A stretch of DNA of 64,000 nt from Candidatus Limnocylindria bacterium (GCA_036556695.1 DATBIY010000047.1:12809-76808); one strand, 5' to 3'; positions 46,224 through 57,022 are shown, counted from the first letter of the stretch. Made by a program: numbers and translations. The notes: generated from the sequence alone by a model not told the origin.

Positions 46224-47570
46224 ATGAGCATCGACAAGCTGGCGCCGCAGGCCGTCGAGGCCGAGCAGAGCGTTCTCGGTTCCATCCTGATCGACCCCGA
46301 TGCGATCCTGAAAGTCGCCGAGTTCCTGCGCCCGGCTGACTTCTACCGCCAGCAGCACTCCGATATCTACGAGGCCATGCTGGGCCTCCACGGCCAGCGT
46401 GAGCCCATCGACCTCGTCACCCTGGGGGAGGAGCTCGACCGGCGGGATCGGCTCGAGCCGGTGGGAGGGCCGGCATACCTCGCCTCGCTGATGAACGCCG
46501 TGCCCACGGCGGTGCACGTCGAGCACTACGGGCGCATCGTCGAGCGAAAGGCGGTGCTCCGCAATCTGATCGCGGCGGCCGGCAAGATCGCCGCCGTCGG
46601 CTACGAGGAGGCGAACGACGCCGAGGTCGCCATCGACCGGGCGGAGGGCATCCTCTTCGAGATCAGCCAGCACCGCACCGTCGGTGGCTTCGAGTCGCTG
46701 GCCACCCTGCTCGGACAGGCCTACGACCGCCTCGAGTACCTGCACGAGCATCGCGGCCAGATCCTGGGGATTCCGTCCGGCCTCTCGCAGCTGGACATGC
46801 TGCTCGGCGGCTTCCAGCCGTCGGACCTCATCATCCTGGCGGCGCGGCCCAGCGTCGGTAAGACCAGCCTGGCCCTGAACATCGCGCAGCACGCATCGGT
46901 CAGGGAAGGCAAGAAGGTCGGCCTCTTTTCCCTCGAGATGAGCAAGGAGCAGCTTGCCCTGCGCCTGCTCAGCGGCGAATCGGGCATCAACCCGCGCCCG
47001 TTGCAGACCGGGTTCGTGGACGAGACGGACTGGTCGAAGATCGCCCAGGTCATGAACGACATGCATGCCGCGCCGCTGTGGATCGACGACTCGCCGGTGC
47101 TGACCGTCATGGAGCTCCGCACCAAGGCGCGACGACTGGAGGCGGAGCAGCACGGCCTCGACCTGGTGATCGTCGACTACCTGCAGCTCATGCAGGGCTC
47201 GCTCAACCAGAAGGAGGCGAACCGGGTGCAGGAGGTCAGCGAGATCAGCCGCGGCCTGAAGCAGCTGGCCCGCGAGCTCAAGGTTCCGGTCATCGCCCTC
47301 TCGCAGCTGTCGCGCGGTGTCGAGCAACGCGGCACCCAGGAGCCGCGCCTCTCGGACCTCCGGGAATCGGGCTCGATCGAGCAGGACGCCGACGTGGTGA
47401 TCTTCCTGTACCGCGAAGGCGAGCAGAACCCGGACAGCGAGGTCGAGCTGCTGAAGGCCAAGGTGGCCAAGCACCGCAACGGGCCCATCGGCGAGGTGCC
47501 GCTGCAGTTCCGCAAGTCGAACACGCGCTTCTACACCATGACCCGCGAGGAGGCGGTGCAGGCCTACTGA
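46224..47570 (+). CDS. dnaB: Replicative DNA helicase
   Basis: DnaB N-domain followed by RecA-like Walker A ARPSVGKTS. 448 aa. No intein. Confidence 0.95.
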   Translation: MSIDKLAPQAVEAEQSVLGSILIDPDAILKVAEFLRPADFYRQQHSDIYEAMLGLHGQREPIDLVTLGEELDRRDRLEPVGGPAYLASLMNAVPTAVHVEHYGRIVERKAVLRNLIAAAGKIAAVGYEEANDAEVAIDRAEGILFEISQHRTVGGFESLATLLGQAYDRLEYLHEHRGQILGIPSGLSQLDMLLGGFQPSDLIILAARPSVGKTSLALNIAQHASVREGKKVGLFSLEMSKEQLALRLLSGESGINPRPLQTGFVDETDWSKIAQVMNDMHAAPLWIDDSPVLTVMELRTKARRLEAEQHGLDLVIVDYLQLMQGSLNQKEANRVQEVSEISRGLKQLARELKVPVIALSQLSRGVEQRGTQEPRLSDLRESGSIEQDADVVIFLYREGEQNPDSEVELLKAKVAKHRNGPIGEVPLQFRKSNTRFYTMTREEAVQAY

Positions 47571-47617
47571 GGCCGCGCGGCACGGTCAACCGCTCGCTCG
47601 GGTGTCGTCCAAACGTC

Positions 47618-47646
47618 TTTACACTCGTAGTACCCGCGTGTATCGT
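47618..47646 (+). promoter_or_regulatory. Sigma-70-like promoter TTTACA-N17-TATCGT upstream of the zinc-ribbon gene
   Basis: Hexamers and spacing read directly. Local GC content is lower than surrounding sequence. Confidence 0.3.
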
Positions 47647-47774
47647 CGCGCCCGAAACGTCCGGTCCGATGCTCGACCCCGGCTACCTGTCGCACGCTGT
47701 TGGCCCAGGCAGGGGAACAAGCAAACCGTCCACGGCCCAAGGGTCCGGGCGTGCGAACAGGAGGCAAGGGTAGG

Positions 47775-48083
47775 GTGTACGCCGACAAGACCATCCGCTG
47801 TCGCGACTGCGGGATGGACTTCGTCTTTTCAGCCGGCGAGCAGCAGTTCTACGCCGAGAAGGGACTTCTCAACGAACCCCAGCGCTGCCCAAGCTGCCGC
47901 GCCGTCGCCAAGCAGAACCGCGCGCTTGGCATCGGAAACGGCGGGGGCGGCGGTCAGCGGGAGATGCACGCCGCGGTCTGCGCCGAGTGCGGCGGACAGG
48001 CGCTGGTTCCGTTCCTGCCACGGAATGACCGCCCGGTTTACTGCTCGAGCTGCTTCGACAAGGTGCGCGCCACCAGGGCCTAG
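47775..48083 (+). CDS. Small zinc-ribbon protein with two CxxC...CxxC pairs
   Basis: Cys pairs CRDCG...CPSCR and CAECG...CSSCF. GTG start 12 nt after a GGAGG sequence. Confidence 0.55.
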   Translation: MYADKTIRCRDCGMDFVFSAGEQQFYAEKGLLNEPQRCPSCRAVAKQNRALGIGNGGGGGQREMHAAVCAECGGQALVPFLPRNDRPVYCSSCFDKVRATRA

Positions 48084-48108
48084 TTCCTTGGCGTCCACGC
48101 GACCGTGA

Positions 48109-48137
48109 ACGAGCGCCGCCAACGCGGCGCTCGTTTT
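48109..48137 (+). terminator. Intrinsic terminator after the zinc-ribbon gene
   Basis: ACGAGCGCCG-ccaacg-CGGCGCTCGT followed by TTTTG. Confidence 0.5.
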
Positions 48138-48187
48138 GCGTACCATGGCCTTCCCCGCACCAACCGTGAGGTCTGTCAAGTTCGCCC

Positions 48188-49504
48188 ATGTCCGTGACCG
48201 CCGTGGTCGGCGCCCAGTGGGGCGACGAGGGAAAGGGCAGGGTCGTCGACTACCTGGCCCACGAGGCCGACCTGGTGATCCGCTACGGCGGTGGCAACAA
48301 CGCCGGCCACACGGTGGTCAACGCGCACGGCCACTTCAAGCTGCACCTCATCCCGTCGGGCATCTTCCATCCCGGCACCCGGAACCTGCTGGGCAACGGG
48401 GTGGTCATCAACCCGCCGGCGCTGGTCACCGAACTCGATGGCCTGGCGGCGGCAGGCTTCGACGGGGTGAACCTGTTCATCGCCGATCGGGCGCACCTGG
48501 TGATGCCCTATCACGTGCTGATCGACCAGCTGGAGGAGCGGGAACGAGGGAGCGGCAAGCTCGGTACCACGAGCCGCGGTATCGGTCCGGCCTACGTCGA
48601 CAAGGTGGCCCGTCGCGGCATCCGGGTCATCGACCTGATGGAGGCCGATGCCTTCCGGGAGCGACTGCACCACGCCGTGCAGCGGGCACGGCGGCTGGTG
48701 GACGCGTACTTCGGGGCGGGCGGAGCGCACGACGAGATGCGCGAGGTGATCGAGGCGGCGCTCGACGAGGAGCGAATCGCAGAGGCGTACCTGGCGGCCG
48801 CAGAACGCCTGCGCCGGCACGTGGTCGATGGCCAGGCGATGGTCGACCAGGCGCTGGCCGAGGGGCAGCGCATCCTGCTGGAGGGACAGCTGGGCACGAT
48901 GCGCGACATCGACTGGGGCATCTATCCCTACGTCACCAGCTCCAGCCCGATCCCCGGCGGTGCCAGCCTTGGCGCCGGCCTGCCGGCGGTCGCGATCGAC
49001 CGGGTGCTGGGCGTGGCCAAGGCCTACACCACCGCCGTTGGCTCGGGGCCGGTCCCGACGGAGCTGATTGACGAGACCGGCGAGGCGCTGCGTGAGCGGG
49101 GCGCCGAGTACGGCACCTCCACCGGGCGGCCGCGACGCTGCGGCTGGTACGACGCCGTCGCGGTGCGCTTCAGCGTGCGCCTGGCCGGCTATTCGGCGAT
49201 TGCCTTGACCAAGCTGGACGTGCTGGACGGGTTCGAGCGGATCCGGCTGGCGACCGCCTACCGCGACCCGGCCGATGGGACCGTGTGGGATACGGTGCCC
49301 GCCTCGACATCGGTCTATGAGCGCCTGGAACCGGTGTACGAGGAGGCCGCCGGATGGCTCGAGGACACCACCGGCTGCCGGTCGTGGTCGGAGCTGCCGG
49401 CCGCGGCACGCGGCTACGTTGAACGGCTGGAGGAGCTTGCCAGAGTGCCGATCAGCCATGTCAGCGTGGGTCCGGAGCGCGCGCAGATGATCGTGCGTGG
49501 CTGA
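48188..49504 (+). CDS. purA: Adenylosuccinate synthetase
   Basis: QWGDEGKGR P-loop. GGGNNAGHTV and GIGPAY motifs. Confidence 0.95.
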   Translation: MSVTAVVGAQWGDEGKGRVVDYLAHEADLVIRYGGGNNAGHTVVNAHGHFKLHLIPSGIFHPGTRNLLGNGVVINPPALVTELDGLAAAGFDGVNLFIADRAHLVMPYHVLIDQLEERERGSGKLGTTSRGIGPAYVDKVARRGIRVIDLMEADAFRERLHHAVQRARRLVDAYFGAGGAHDEMREVIEAALDEERIAEAYLAAAERLRRHVVDGQAMVDQALAEGQRILLEGQLGTMRDIDWGIYPYVTSSSPIPGGASLGAGLPAVAIDRVLGVAKAYTTAVGSGPVPTELIDETGEALRERGAEYGTSTGRPRRCGWYDAVAVRFSVRLAGYSAIALTKLDVLDGFERIRLATAYRDPADGTVWDTVPASTSVYERLEPVYEEAAGWLEDTTGCRSWSELPAAARGYVERLEELARVPISHVSVGPERAQMIVRG

Positions 49505-49525
49505 GCGGGCTCGGAACATGCTGGA

Positions 49526-50434
49526 ATGGCAAGCATGAAGCTGGGCGCGATCGTGCCGCAGGGCTGGACGGGCGAATTCGATGGCTGGGACGCGGCGCGC
49601 GCCTGGTCGCGGACGGCGTCGGTGGCGCAGCAGGCGGAGCGACTCGGATTCGAGTCGATCTGGGTGTTCGACCATTTCCACACGGTTCCGCAGCCGACCG
49701 ACGAGATGACCTTCGAGTCGTTCACCACGCTGAGCGCGCTGGCCGCCATCACCGAGCGCGTGCGGCTGGGTCACGTGGTCATCTGCAACGGCTTCCGCAA
49801 CCCGGCGCTCACCGCGAAGATGGCCGCCACCCTGGACACCATCAGCGGCGGGCGCTTCGAGCTGGGCATCGGCGCGGGCTGGAAGCGCGAGGAGTGGCTG
49901 GCCTACGGCTACGAGTTCCCGGAGACGAAGGTGCGGCTGGCCATGCTGCGTGACGGGCTGGAGGTCATCACCCGCATGCTGGCTCCCGGCCGTGAGCGCG
50001 CGACGTACGAGGGCCAGCACGCGTCGGTGCGCGGGGCGATCAACCTGCCGCGCGGCGTGCAGCAGCCGCGCATCCCGATCATGGTTGGCGGCAACGGGCC
50101 CGAGGTCACCTGGCGGCTCGCCGCCCGCTTCGCCGACGAGCTGAACATCGACGGCATGTCACCAGCCGAGCTGCGCGACGCGCTGCCGGTTATCCTTGCC
50201 CGCTGCGAGGAGATTGACCGCGACCCGGCCAGTCTCTCGGTCAGCGTGCATGCCTGGTGGGGCGACCCGGCATGGTCCGGCTCCGGCGACGCGCGGATCG
50301 CCTACCTGGGCGAGCTCGCCGACCTGGGGATCAGCCGCGTCATCGGCCTGCTGCAGGCCAGCGCGGACAGCGACGAGGCGCTCGCCTCGCTGGCCGAGGA
50401 TGCGCGAGCAGCCGGAGTCTCGCTATCGGTCTAG
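49526..50434 (+). CDS. Luciferase-like monooxygenase (LLM) class, F420-dependent oxidoreductase
   Basis: TIM-barrel LLM motifs (LGFESIWVFDHF, GGRFELGIGAGW). Confidence 0.8.
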   Translation: MASMKLGAIVPQGWTGEFDGWDAARAWSRTASVAQQAERLGFESIWVFDHFHTVPQPTDEMTFESFTTLSALAAITERVRLGHVVICNGFRNPALTAKMAATLDTISGGRFELGIGAGWKREEWLAYGYEFPETKVRLAMLRDGLEVITRMLAPGRERATYEGQHASVRGAINLPRGVQQPRIPIMVGGNGPEVTWRLAARFADELNIDGMSPAELRDALPVILARCEEIDRDPASLSVSVHAWWGDPAWSGSGDARIAYLGELADLGISRVIGLLQASADSDEALASLAEDARAAGVSLSV

Positions 50435-50964
50435 CGCTTCGCCTGTCCTGGCTGCTCCTGGGCGCACTGCTCCTCGGCTGCTCCTCGCGGGTGACAGCCG
50501 GCCGCGCGCTCGACATTCCGGGTGCGGGCGTGGTGATCCCGGACGGCTGGAGCGGAGAGGCGACCGCCCCGGACGAGTGGCCGGCGGGCCGGACCATCGC
50601 GCTCATTGCGAACGGCTCGCTTTCCCCTGCCTGCGAAACGCGAGATGGCGAGAGGAGCTGCAGCGCGCCGGCGACAACCCTTGGCGATGGCGACCTGGTG
50701 GTGTGGTGGTTGACCACGACCTGTGCCGCCGCCGCCTGCGATCCGTCCAGCGGCCGCCCGCTGCTGGTTGGCGGCCGCGCGGCGGTGGAGACAAGCGACG
50801 TCCAAGCCTGCGACCCACTGCAGACGACCCGGCAGCGCGCGTTCGTCGTGACGGTCAGCCCGCAGCGCGTCGACGCGCTGGTGGTCTGCGAGCGCAACCC
50901 GGATGCGGCCACGTTGAACCAGCTGGACAACCTGCTGCAGGCCATCGACTGGCGCACGCCGTGA
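50425..50964 (+). CDS. Cys-rich putative lipoprotein. The start is uncertain; a candidate is ATC at 50425 after GGAG.
   Basis: Signal peptide LALRLSWLLLGALLLGCSS with an LLGC lipobox. There is no ATG, GTG or TTG between the upstream LLM stop and the signal peptide. Confidence 0.5.
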   Translation: MGLALRLSWLLLGALLLGCSSRVTAGRALDIPGAGVVIPDGWSGEATAPDEWPAGRTIALIANGSLSPACETRDGERSCSAPATTLGDGDLVVWWLTTTCAAAACDPSSGRPLLVGGRAAVETSDVQACDPLQTTRQRAFVVTVSPQRVDALVVCERNPDAATLNQLDNLLQAIDWRTP

Positions 50965-51025
50965 GCCGGCGGGCGATCGCTCGCCGCCGCTATACTCCGC
51001 CAAAGCCGCAGCTTCCCGGGCGCCG

Positions 51026-52198
51026 ATGATCGAACAGCCCACCCTGGCCATTCCCCTCCCTTCCTCCACTGACCGGCTGCGACGTGCCTACGGCTTCGAC
51101 GAGGTGGCCCTCGTCCCCGGCGCGGTGACCGTCGATCCCGGCGAGGTGGAGCTGGCTGTCGAGATCGGTGGCTTCCGGCTCGAGATCCCGTTCCTGGCCG
51201 CGGCCATGGACGCGGTGGCGGATGCGGATTTCGCGGTGCGCATGAACCGGCATGGCGGCGTGGCCTTCATCAATCTCGAGGGCCTCTACACCCGCTACGA
51301 GGACGCGGCGTCGATCATCCAGCAGGTCGCTGCTGCCGAAACCGGCGAGGCTGCTGCGCGCGTGCTGGCCGAGGCGTACGCGGCCCCGGTCCGCGGCGAG
51401 TTAATCGCCGCGCTGATCAAGAGGGTCAAGGCGCAGGGCGCACTGGCGGCGGTGGCCACCACCCCCGCGGCGGCGTGGGACCACGCCGCGCTGGCCGCGG
51501 ACGCGGGCGCCGACCTGTTCCTGGTGCAGTCGCAGGTCAGCAGCGCGCGTCACATCTCCACCTCGGGTCGAGTGCTGTCGCTCAGCGATCTGACCGGTGC
51601 GCTGCAGATGCCTGTCCTGGTCGGCAACACGGTCAGCGGCGACGCTGCCTACCAGCTCATGGAGCAGGGCGCGGCTGCAATCCTGGTCGGCGTGGGGCCA
51701 GGCGCAGCGTGCACCACTCGCGAGGTGCTCGGCATAGGCCTGCCGCAGGTGTCCGCCACGCTGGAAGTGGCAGCCGCGCGCGACCGCTACCTCGCCGGCA
51801 GCGGTCGCTTCGTGCCAATCATCACCGACGGCGGCATGAAGACCGGCGGCGACATCGCCAAGGCCATCGCCTCGGGAGCGGACGCGGTCATGCTCGGCTC
51901 ACCCTTCGCGGCGGCGCGCGAAGCACCCGGACTCGGCTTCAACTGGGGCATGGCGGCGCCATCGCCAACGCTGCCGCGCGGCACGCGCATCCGCATCGGC
52001 GAGCAGCTTCCGCTGGAGCAGATCCTGTTCGGACCGGCAACCACCACGCACGGCACGCAGAACCTGGTCGGCGCGCTGCGGCAGTCGATGGCCGCGCTTG
52101 GGGCACGGACCATCGAGGAGATGCACCACGTGGAGATGGTCATCGCCCCGGCCGTCGTCACCGAGGGCAAGTCCTGGCAGCTGGCCGGACGCGGATAG
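51026..52198 (+). CDS. IMP dehydrogenase family protein without CBS domains (GuaB3-like)
   Basis: IMPDH barrel motifs (GVGPGAACTTR, ITDGGMKTGGDIAKA). 390 aa, lacking the CBS pair. Confidence 0.85.
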   Translation: MIEQPTLAIPLPSSTDRLRRAYGFDEVALVPGAVTVDPGEVELAVEIGGFRLEIPFLAAAMDAVADADFAVRMNRHGGVAFINLEGLYTRYEDAASIIQQVAAAETGEAAARVLAEAYAAPVRGELIAALIKRVKAQGALAAVATTPAAAWDHAALAADAGADLFLVQSQVSSARHISTSGRVLSLSDLTGALQMPVLVGNTVSGDAAYQLMEQGAAAILVGVGPGAACTTREVLGIGLPQVSATLEVAAARDRYLAGSGRFVPIITDGGMKTGGDIAKAIASGADAVMLGSPFAAAREAPGLGFNWGMAAPSPTLPRGTRIRIGEQLPLEQILFGPATTTHGTQNLVGALRQSMAALGARTIEEMHHVEMVIAPAVVTEGKSWQLAGRG

Positions 52199-52208
52199 AC
52201 CAGGCGGC

Positions 52209-52622
52209 GTGAAGATCCAGCGACCGAACGAGCGGCGGCCCGAGGCAGGCGATCCAGCCCATTTCACCGGCCGCGCCTGGCTTTCGGGCATGCTGGCGCC
52301 CGAGGCGCCCGACCACATGAACGTGGTGGAGGTCACATTCGAGCCCGGCGCACGCAGCGACTGGCACACCCATCCCGGCGGCCAGGTGCTGCTGCCGCTG
52401 AGCGGCCGCGGCCGCATCCGCTCGGAGGGCGGCCGCCTGGAGCGCATGCAGGTTGGTGACGCGCTGTGGATCCCGGCCGGCGAGCGCCACTGGCATGGCG
52501 CAGACCCCGACTCGTTCCTGGTGCAGCTGTCCGTCACCATCGGAGCCGATGGGACGGCCTGGGACGACGAGCGGGTGACCGACGAGGAGTACCTGGGCAC
52601 CGCCCAGCCCGCAGGCGACTGA
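52209..52622 (+). CDS. Cupin-domain protein
   Basis: Cupin motifs HTHPGGQVLL and WIPAGERHW. GTG start 10 nt after the guaB3-like gene's stop. Confidence 0.7.
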   Translation: MKIQRPNERRPEAGDPAHFTGRAWLSGMLAPEAPDHMNVVEVTFEPGARSDWHTHPGGQVLLPLSGRGRIRSEGGRLERMQVGDALWIPAGERHWHGADPDSFLVQLSVTIGADGTAWDDERVTDEEYLGTAQPAGD

Positions 52623-52628
52623 CACGCC

Positions 52629-53696
52629 GTGCGGGCTTCCATGACTGCGCCCGTCCTCTCCACCCGCGCGCTGAACCGTGCATTGCTGGCGCGTCAGGGG
52701 CTGCTGCAGCGGTTCAGTGGGTCCATGGAGGCGGCGGTGCAGCAGGTTGGCGGACTGCAGACGCAGGTGAGCCGATCGGGCTACATCGGCCTGTGGACCA
52801 GGCTTGAGGGCCTGACCCGTGACGCCTACACCCGAGCACTGTCGGAGCGTCGCCTGGTCCAGGGCACGCTCCTGCGGGTCACCATCCACACCGTCACCGC
52901 GGCTGACTACTGGCCGATGACCGAGGCGGTGCGCCGCGAGCGGCGCAAGTGGTGGCTGCGCACCGCGCGCGGCAGTCGAACCGACGCGGACATGGAGCGC
53001 ATGGCCGAGGCCGCGCGTGAGGAGCTGGCCGGCGGTCCGCTGCCGCTGCGCGAGCTGCGGGCGCGCATTGCGGCGCGTGGCCACGAAGTGGACTCGACCG
53101 GTGGCCTGGGCCTGTGGCTGGACATGGTCCGCGTGCCGCCACCCGGCACATGGGACCGGCCGCGTGCGGACCTGTACGGCCTGGCCGACGATTGGCTACC
53201 GAAGCCGAAGGGCACCACTGAGGCCGGCGGCCAGGAGCTGGTGCTGCGCCGCTACCTCGCCGCCTTCGGACCGGCCAACCTGGCCGATGCCTCGAACTGG
53301 GCCGGCCTGACGGTCGCCGCACTGAAGGAGGTGGCGGAGCGGCTGAGGTTGCGCCGCTTCTGCGACCAGCAGGGCCGCGAGCTGCTGGACCTGCCCGACG
53401 CGCCGCTGCCGGACCCTGACACCCCTGCGCCGCCACGCTTCCTGCCGTCCTTCGACGCCACGCTGCTCATCCAGGCGCGTCGCACCCAGATCCTTCCCGA
53501 GGAGTTCCGGCCGTTCATCTTCAACGTCAAGACGCCGCAGTCGTGGAACACATTCCTGCTGGACGGGCAGGTGGCCGGGACCTGGACCTATGCCGACGGC
53601 ACGGTGGCCCTGGAACCGCTGCGCAGCCTCGACCGGTCGGAGCGGCGAAGCCTGGACGAGGAGCTGGAGCGGCTGCGCGGGTTCTTGTTCGGCTGA
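52629..53696 (+). CDS. Second YcaQ/AlkZ-like winged-helix protein (paralog of 42576..43730)
   Basis: RALLARQGLL N-terminal motif and shared C-terminal blocks (PRFLPSFD, NTFLLDGQVAGTW versus PRLLARWD, PTFLLDGMVAGTW). Confidence 0.75.
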   Translation: MRASMTAPVLSTRALNRALLARQGLLQRFSGSMEAAVQQVGGLQTQVSRSGYIGLWTRLEGLTRDAYTRALSERRLVQGTLLRVTIHTVTAADYWPMTEAVRRERRKWWLRTARGSRTDADMERMAEAAREELAGGPLPLRELRARIAARGHEVDSTGGLGLWLDMVRVPPPGTWDRPRADLYGLADDWLPKPKGTTEAGGQELVLRRYLAAFGPANLADASNWAGLTVAALKEVAERLRLRRFCDQQGRELLDLPDAPLPDPDTPAPPRFLPSFDATLLIQARRTQILPEEFRPFIFNVKTPQSWNTFLLDGQVAGTWTYADGTVALEPLRSLDRSERRSLDEELERLRGFLFG

Positions 53697-53715
53697 GCGG
53701 GACTAGCATGGCGCC

Positions 53716-54096
53716 ATGGACAGAGCAGCGGTCCAGGACTGGCTGGACAGGTACATCGAAGCCTGGCGCGCGAACCAACGAGAGCCGATCGTCGCGCTCT
53801 TCACCGATGACGTGGTCTACCGCTTCGCGCCGTACGGCGACAAGCACCTGCGGCGCGGCGTCGGCGCGGTGGTGGACGAGTGGCTGAGCGAGCCGGACGC
53901 CCCGGGCAGCTGGGAAGCACACTACGAACCGTACGCGATCGACGGCGACCGGGCGGTGGCCACCGGCTGGAGCAGCTACGCCGCCACTGAGACGGCGCCG
54001 GCGCGCCGCTTCCACAACGTGTTTTTGATGCGCTTCGCCCCAGACGGCCGCTGCGCCGAGTTCACCGAGCTCTACATGCGCGAGCAGCCAGATTAG
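53716..54096 (+). CDS. SnoaL-like / NTF2-fold protein
   Basis: WLDRYIEAWRANQREPIVALFTDDVVYRF is NTF2-like. Confidence 0.6.
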   Translation: MDRAAVQDWLDRYIEAWRANQREPIVALFTDDVVYRFAPYGDKHLRRGVGAVVDEWLSEPDAPGSWEAHYEPYAIDGDRAVATGWSSYAATETAPARRFHNVFLMRFAPDGRCAEFTELYMREQPD

Positions 54097-54590
54097 GCCA
54101 GGGGCCAGACCACCTCGGTCCTCAGCCGAGACGGGCTTTCGACCTCCGACGGATCATCGACGTACGACTCCCACGGGCCGGCGCCCTCCTCGTGCCCGTT
54201 GGCGTGGATCCAGTCGTGCAGCCGGTCGTACACCGCGCTGAGGCCGTCATAGGCGCCGTAATGCACCGTCGCCGCGGCGTTGCCGCCGGGGAGCTCCGAG
54301 GCGCCAAGCTCGCCGGCCTCGCACTCCGCCAGCGGCCGCAGCCCGCCAAGCGGGGCGGCCACGGGGATGCCGATCTCGACGTCGACGCGCTCCGGCCCGA
54401 ACTCGTGGTAGCGCCCGTACGGCGGACCGGCCGGCTCGCCGCCGCGGTTGGCGATGGTGTCGGCCACGTTCGGCAGGTGGTAGTCGAACAGCTCGCCCAG
54501 ATCCAGCTCGCTGATGGGACGCTGCACACGCACCGCCACCGAGGGCTGCGGCGTGAGCTCGACGATGCGGGTCTCGTCGGATTCGTTCAT
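54093..54590 (-). CDS. GyrI-like small-molecule-binding domain protein
   Basis: Internal Met start. GyrI-like beta-alpha-beta repeats ([14 protein letters not shown]...[18 protein letters not shown]). Confidence 0.6.
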   Translation of the reverse strand: MNESDETRIVELTPQPSVAVRVQRPISELDLGELFDYHLPNVADTIANRGGEPAGPPYGRYHEFGPERVDVEIGIPVAAPLGGLRPLAECEAGELGASELPGGNAAATVHYGAYDGLSAVYDRLHDWIHANGHEEGAGPWESYVDDPSEVESPSRLRTEVVWPLA

Positions 54591-54700
54591 TTCGCTCCAG
54601 GCTCCATCACGCGGCGTGCCAGGCCAGCGTAGCGAACCTGCGCGGCCACGCCAGGGCTGGCTACACTCTGGGCAGCCGCCAGTTCCAGACCGAGGGCCGA

Positions 54701-56425
54701 TTGACCGAGAACCGGGAGCAGCAGGCATCGTCGCTGCCACGTGCCGACGGGCGCGGCCGGACGGTCCACGGCGAGCCGGCCAACGCCGGCCATCGGGTCC
54801 TGGCCCCTGACGACGCCGAGGTCGAGGCCTACCTGGAGCAGGCGCTCCACGCGCCGCCCCCGGAGCGGCCAGCCGGCGACGCGGCCGGCCCGGAGACGGT
54901 CATCGTCCTTGACTTTGGCAGTCAGTTCGCGCAGCTCATCGCCAGACGGGTGCGCGAGCTGAACGTCTATTCCGAGCTGCTTCCTCACGACACGCCCTGG
55001 GCGGAGATCGAGCGCCGGGCGCCGAAGGCCATCATCCTGTCGGGCGGTCCGTCATCGGTCTATGACGCCGATGCGCCGAGGGCGGATGCGGCCATCTGGT
55101 CGGGCCGCATCCCGGTTCTGGGCATCTGCTACGGCCTGCAGCTGATGGCACACGAGCTGGGCGGCGAGGTCGCGCCCAGCGACAGGCGCGAGTACGGGCC
55201 GGCATCGGTGCAGATCACCACCGAGGACGGGCTGTTCCGCGGGATCGACCGCGAGCAGCCGGTGTGGATGAGCCACGGCGACTCGATCCTGCGGCCGCCC
55301 GAGGGCTTCCTGCCAACCGCCCAGAGCGAGTCCACCGCCTACGCCGGCCTCTACGACCCCGAGCGGCGCCTGTACGGCATCCAGTTCCACCCGGAGGTCG
55401 CGCACACGCCGCGCGGCCGCGACATCCTGCGCAACTTCGTGGTCGACATCGCCGGCGCCAGCCAGTCGTGGACGCCGGCCAGCTTCGTGGAGACCACCAT
55501 CGCCGACATCCGGCAGCGCGTCGGGACGGGCCGCGCCATCTGCGCGCTGTCGGGCGGAGTGGATTCGGCGGTGGCCGCCACGCTGGTGCATCGGGCAATC
55601 GGCGACCAGCTGACCTGCATCTACGTCGATCACGGGCTGATGCGCAAGCGCGAGTCCGAGCTGCTGCGCACCACCTTCGCCGAGCACCTTGGCATGCAGC
55701 TGGTGATGGTCGACGGCCGGCACCGATTCCTCCAGCGCCTCGCGGGAGTGGAGGACCCGGAGGAGAAGCGCCGCATCATCGGCGACGAGTTCATCCGGGT
55801 CTTCGAGGAGGAGGCCGGCAAGCTCGGCCAGATCGACTTCCTGGTGCAGGGCACCCTCTATCCCGATGTCATCGAGTCGAAGACCGCCGAGACCAAGGCA
55901 GCCGCCAAGATCAAGACCCACCACAACGTCGGCGGCCTGCCGGCCGACCTGCGCTTCAGCCTGATCGAGCCGCTGCGCTACCTGTTCAAGGACGAGGTCC
56001 GCCGGGTGGGCAGCGAGCTCGGCCTTCCGGAGCCGATGGTGCTGCGCCAGCCGTTCCCGGGCCCCGGCCTCGCCATCCGGATCATCGGCGAGGTCAGCGC
56101 CGAGCGGCTGGAGACGCTGCGCGAGGCGGACTGGATCGTGATCGACGAGATCAAGGCCGCCGGCCTGTATCGGTCCCTGTGGCAGTCGTTCGCCATCCTC
56201 ACCCCGGTGCGCAGCGTGGGGGTGATGGGGGATGGCCGGACCTACGCCAACGTGGTGGCCATCCGCGCCGTGACCAGTGACGACGGCATGACGGCCGATT
56301 GGGCGCGCCTGCCGTACGAGGTGCTGGCCAGGATCTCGTCGCGCATCGTCAACGAGGTTCGCGGCGTGAACCGCGTGGTCTACGACATCAGCTCCAAGCC
56401 GCCCGCCACCATCGAGTGGGAGTAG
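54701..56425 (+). CDS. guaA: GMP synthase (glutamine-hydrolysing)
   Basis: GATase ([10 protein letters not shown] with Cys), ATP-PPase SGGVDSAV and the C-terminal dimerisation domain. TTG start with a 66-aa Pro/Ala-rich extension. An alternative start is ATC at 54902 after GGAG. Confidence 0.9.
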   Translation: MTENREQQASSLPRADGRGRTVHGEPANAGHRVLAPDDAEVEAYLEQALHAPPPERPAGDAAGPETVIVLDFGSQFAQLIARRVRELNVYSELLPHDTPWAEIERRAPKAIILSGGPSSVYDADAPRADAAIWSGRIPVLGICYGLQLMAHELGGEVAPSDRREYGPASVQITTEDGLFRGIDREQPVWMSHGDSILRPPEGFLPTAQSESTAYAGLYDPERRLYGIQFHPEVAHTPRGRDILRNFVVDIAGASQSWTPASFVETTIADIRQRVGTGRAICALSGGVDSAVAATLVHRAIGDQLTCIYVDHGLMRKRESELLRTTFAEHLGMQLVMVDGRHRFLQRLAGVEDPEEKRRIIGDEFIRVFEEEAGKLGQIDFLVQGTLYPDVIESKTAETKAAAKIKTHHNVGGLPADLRFSLIEPLRYLFKDEVRRVGSELGLPEPMVLRQPFPGPGLAIRIIGEVSAERLETLREADWIVIDEIKAAGLYRSLWQSFAILTPVRSVGVMGDGRTYANVVAIRAVTSDDGMTADWARLPYEVLARISSRIVNEVRGVNRVVYDISSKPPATIEWE

Positions 56426-56440
56426 CGCCGGCCTGGATCT

Positions 56441-56983
56441 CTAGGCCGAGATCCGCTCCACCGCGTCGCCGACGCGGACGACGCCCCCGTCCACGACCCG
56501 TGTGTTGACGCCGCGCAGTCGGCGCTCGCGCCAATGGCGCCAGTTCACCCAGCGCAGCGCGTCCTGGCCGAAGCGGCCGCTGAACTTGCTGCAGCCGGTG
56601 TGCGGGGTGGCGGACACTTCCAGCACCGCCTCGCCGACCCGCAGGCGCGAGCCGACCGGCAGGTTCTCCAGGCTGATGTCGTAGTCGACCAGGATGTTGT
56701 CGCCGGCCTCGTGCAGCGGCTGCACGCCGGCGGCTACCAGCTCCGCGACCGTGGCGTTCATCAGCGTCACCTGCGACTCCCGATCCGGATCGCGATCGAG
56801 GGCCAGTGACCAACGGTCGCCCTCGAGGCCGCGCTCGACGGTGATTTGCACGGCATTCGGCGTCTCGTGAACGCCGGGCTCGCGGCGGACGGTCAGCAGC
56901 CGCACGGTGCCGTGGTCGCGCGGTGGCTCGCTGGCCGCCGACCACAGGGCCTCGAGCTCGTCGAAGGTGCGCATGGCCGGCAT
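56441..56983 (-). CDS. MOSC-domain protein (YcbX/YiiM-like)
   Basis: Conserved Cys in HTGCSKF. 180 aa. The remainder of ORF 56441..57790 is antisense to the UPF0182 gene on the opposite strand. Confidence 0.8.
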   Translation of the reverse strand: MPAMRTFDELEALWSAASEPPRDHGTVRLLTVRREPGVHETPNAVQITVERGLEGDRWSLALDRDPDRESQVTLMNATVAELVAAGVQPLHEAGDNILVDYDISLENLPVGSRLRVGEAVLEVSATPHTGCSKFSGRFGQDALRWVNWRHWRERRLRGVNTRVVDGGVVRVGDAVERISA

Positions 56984-57022
56984 TCTACGGAACGGCGGCT
57001 CGGCCGCTAGCATGCACACCCG

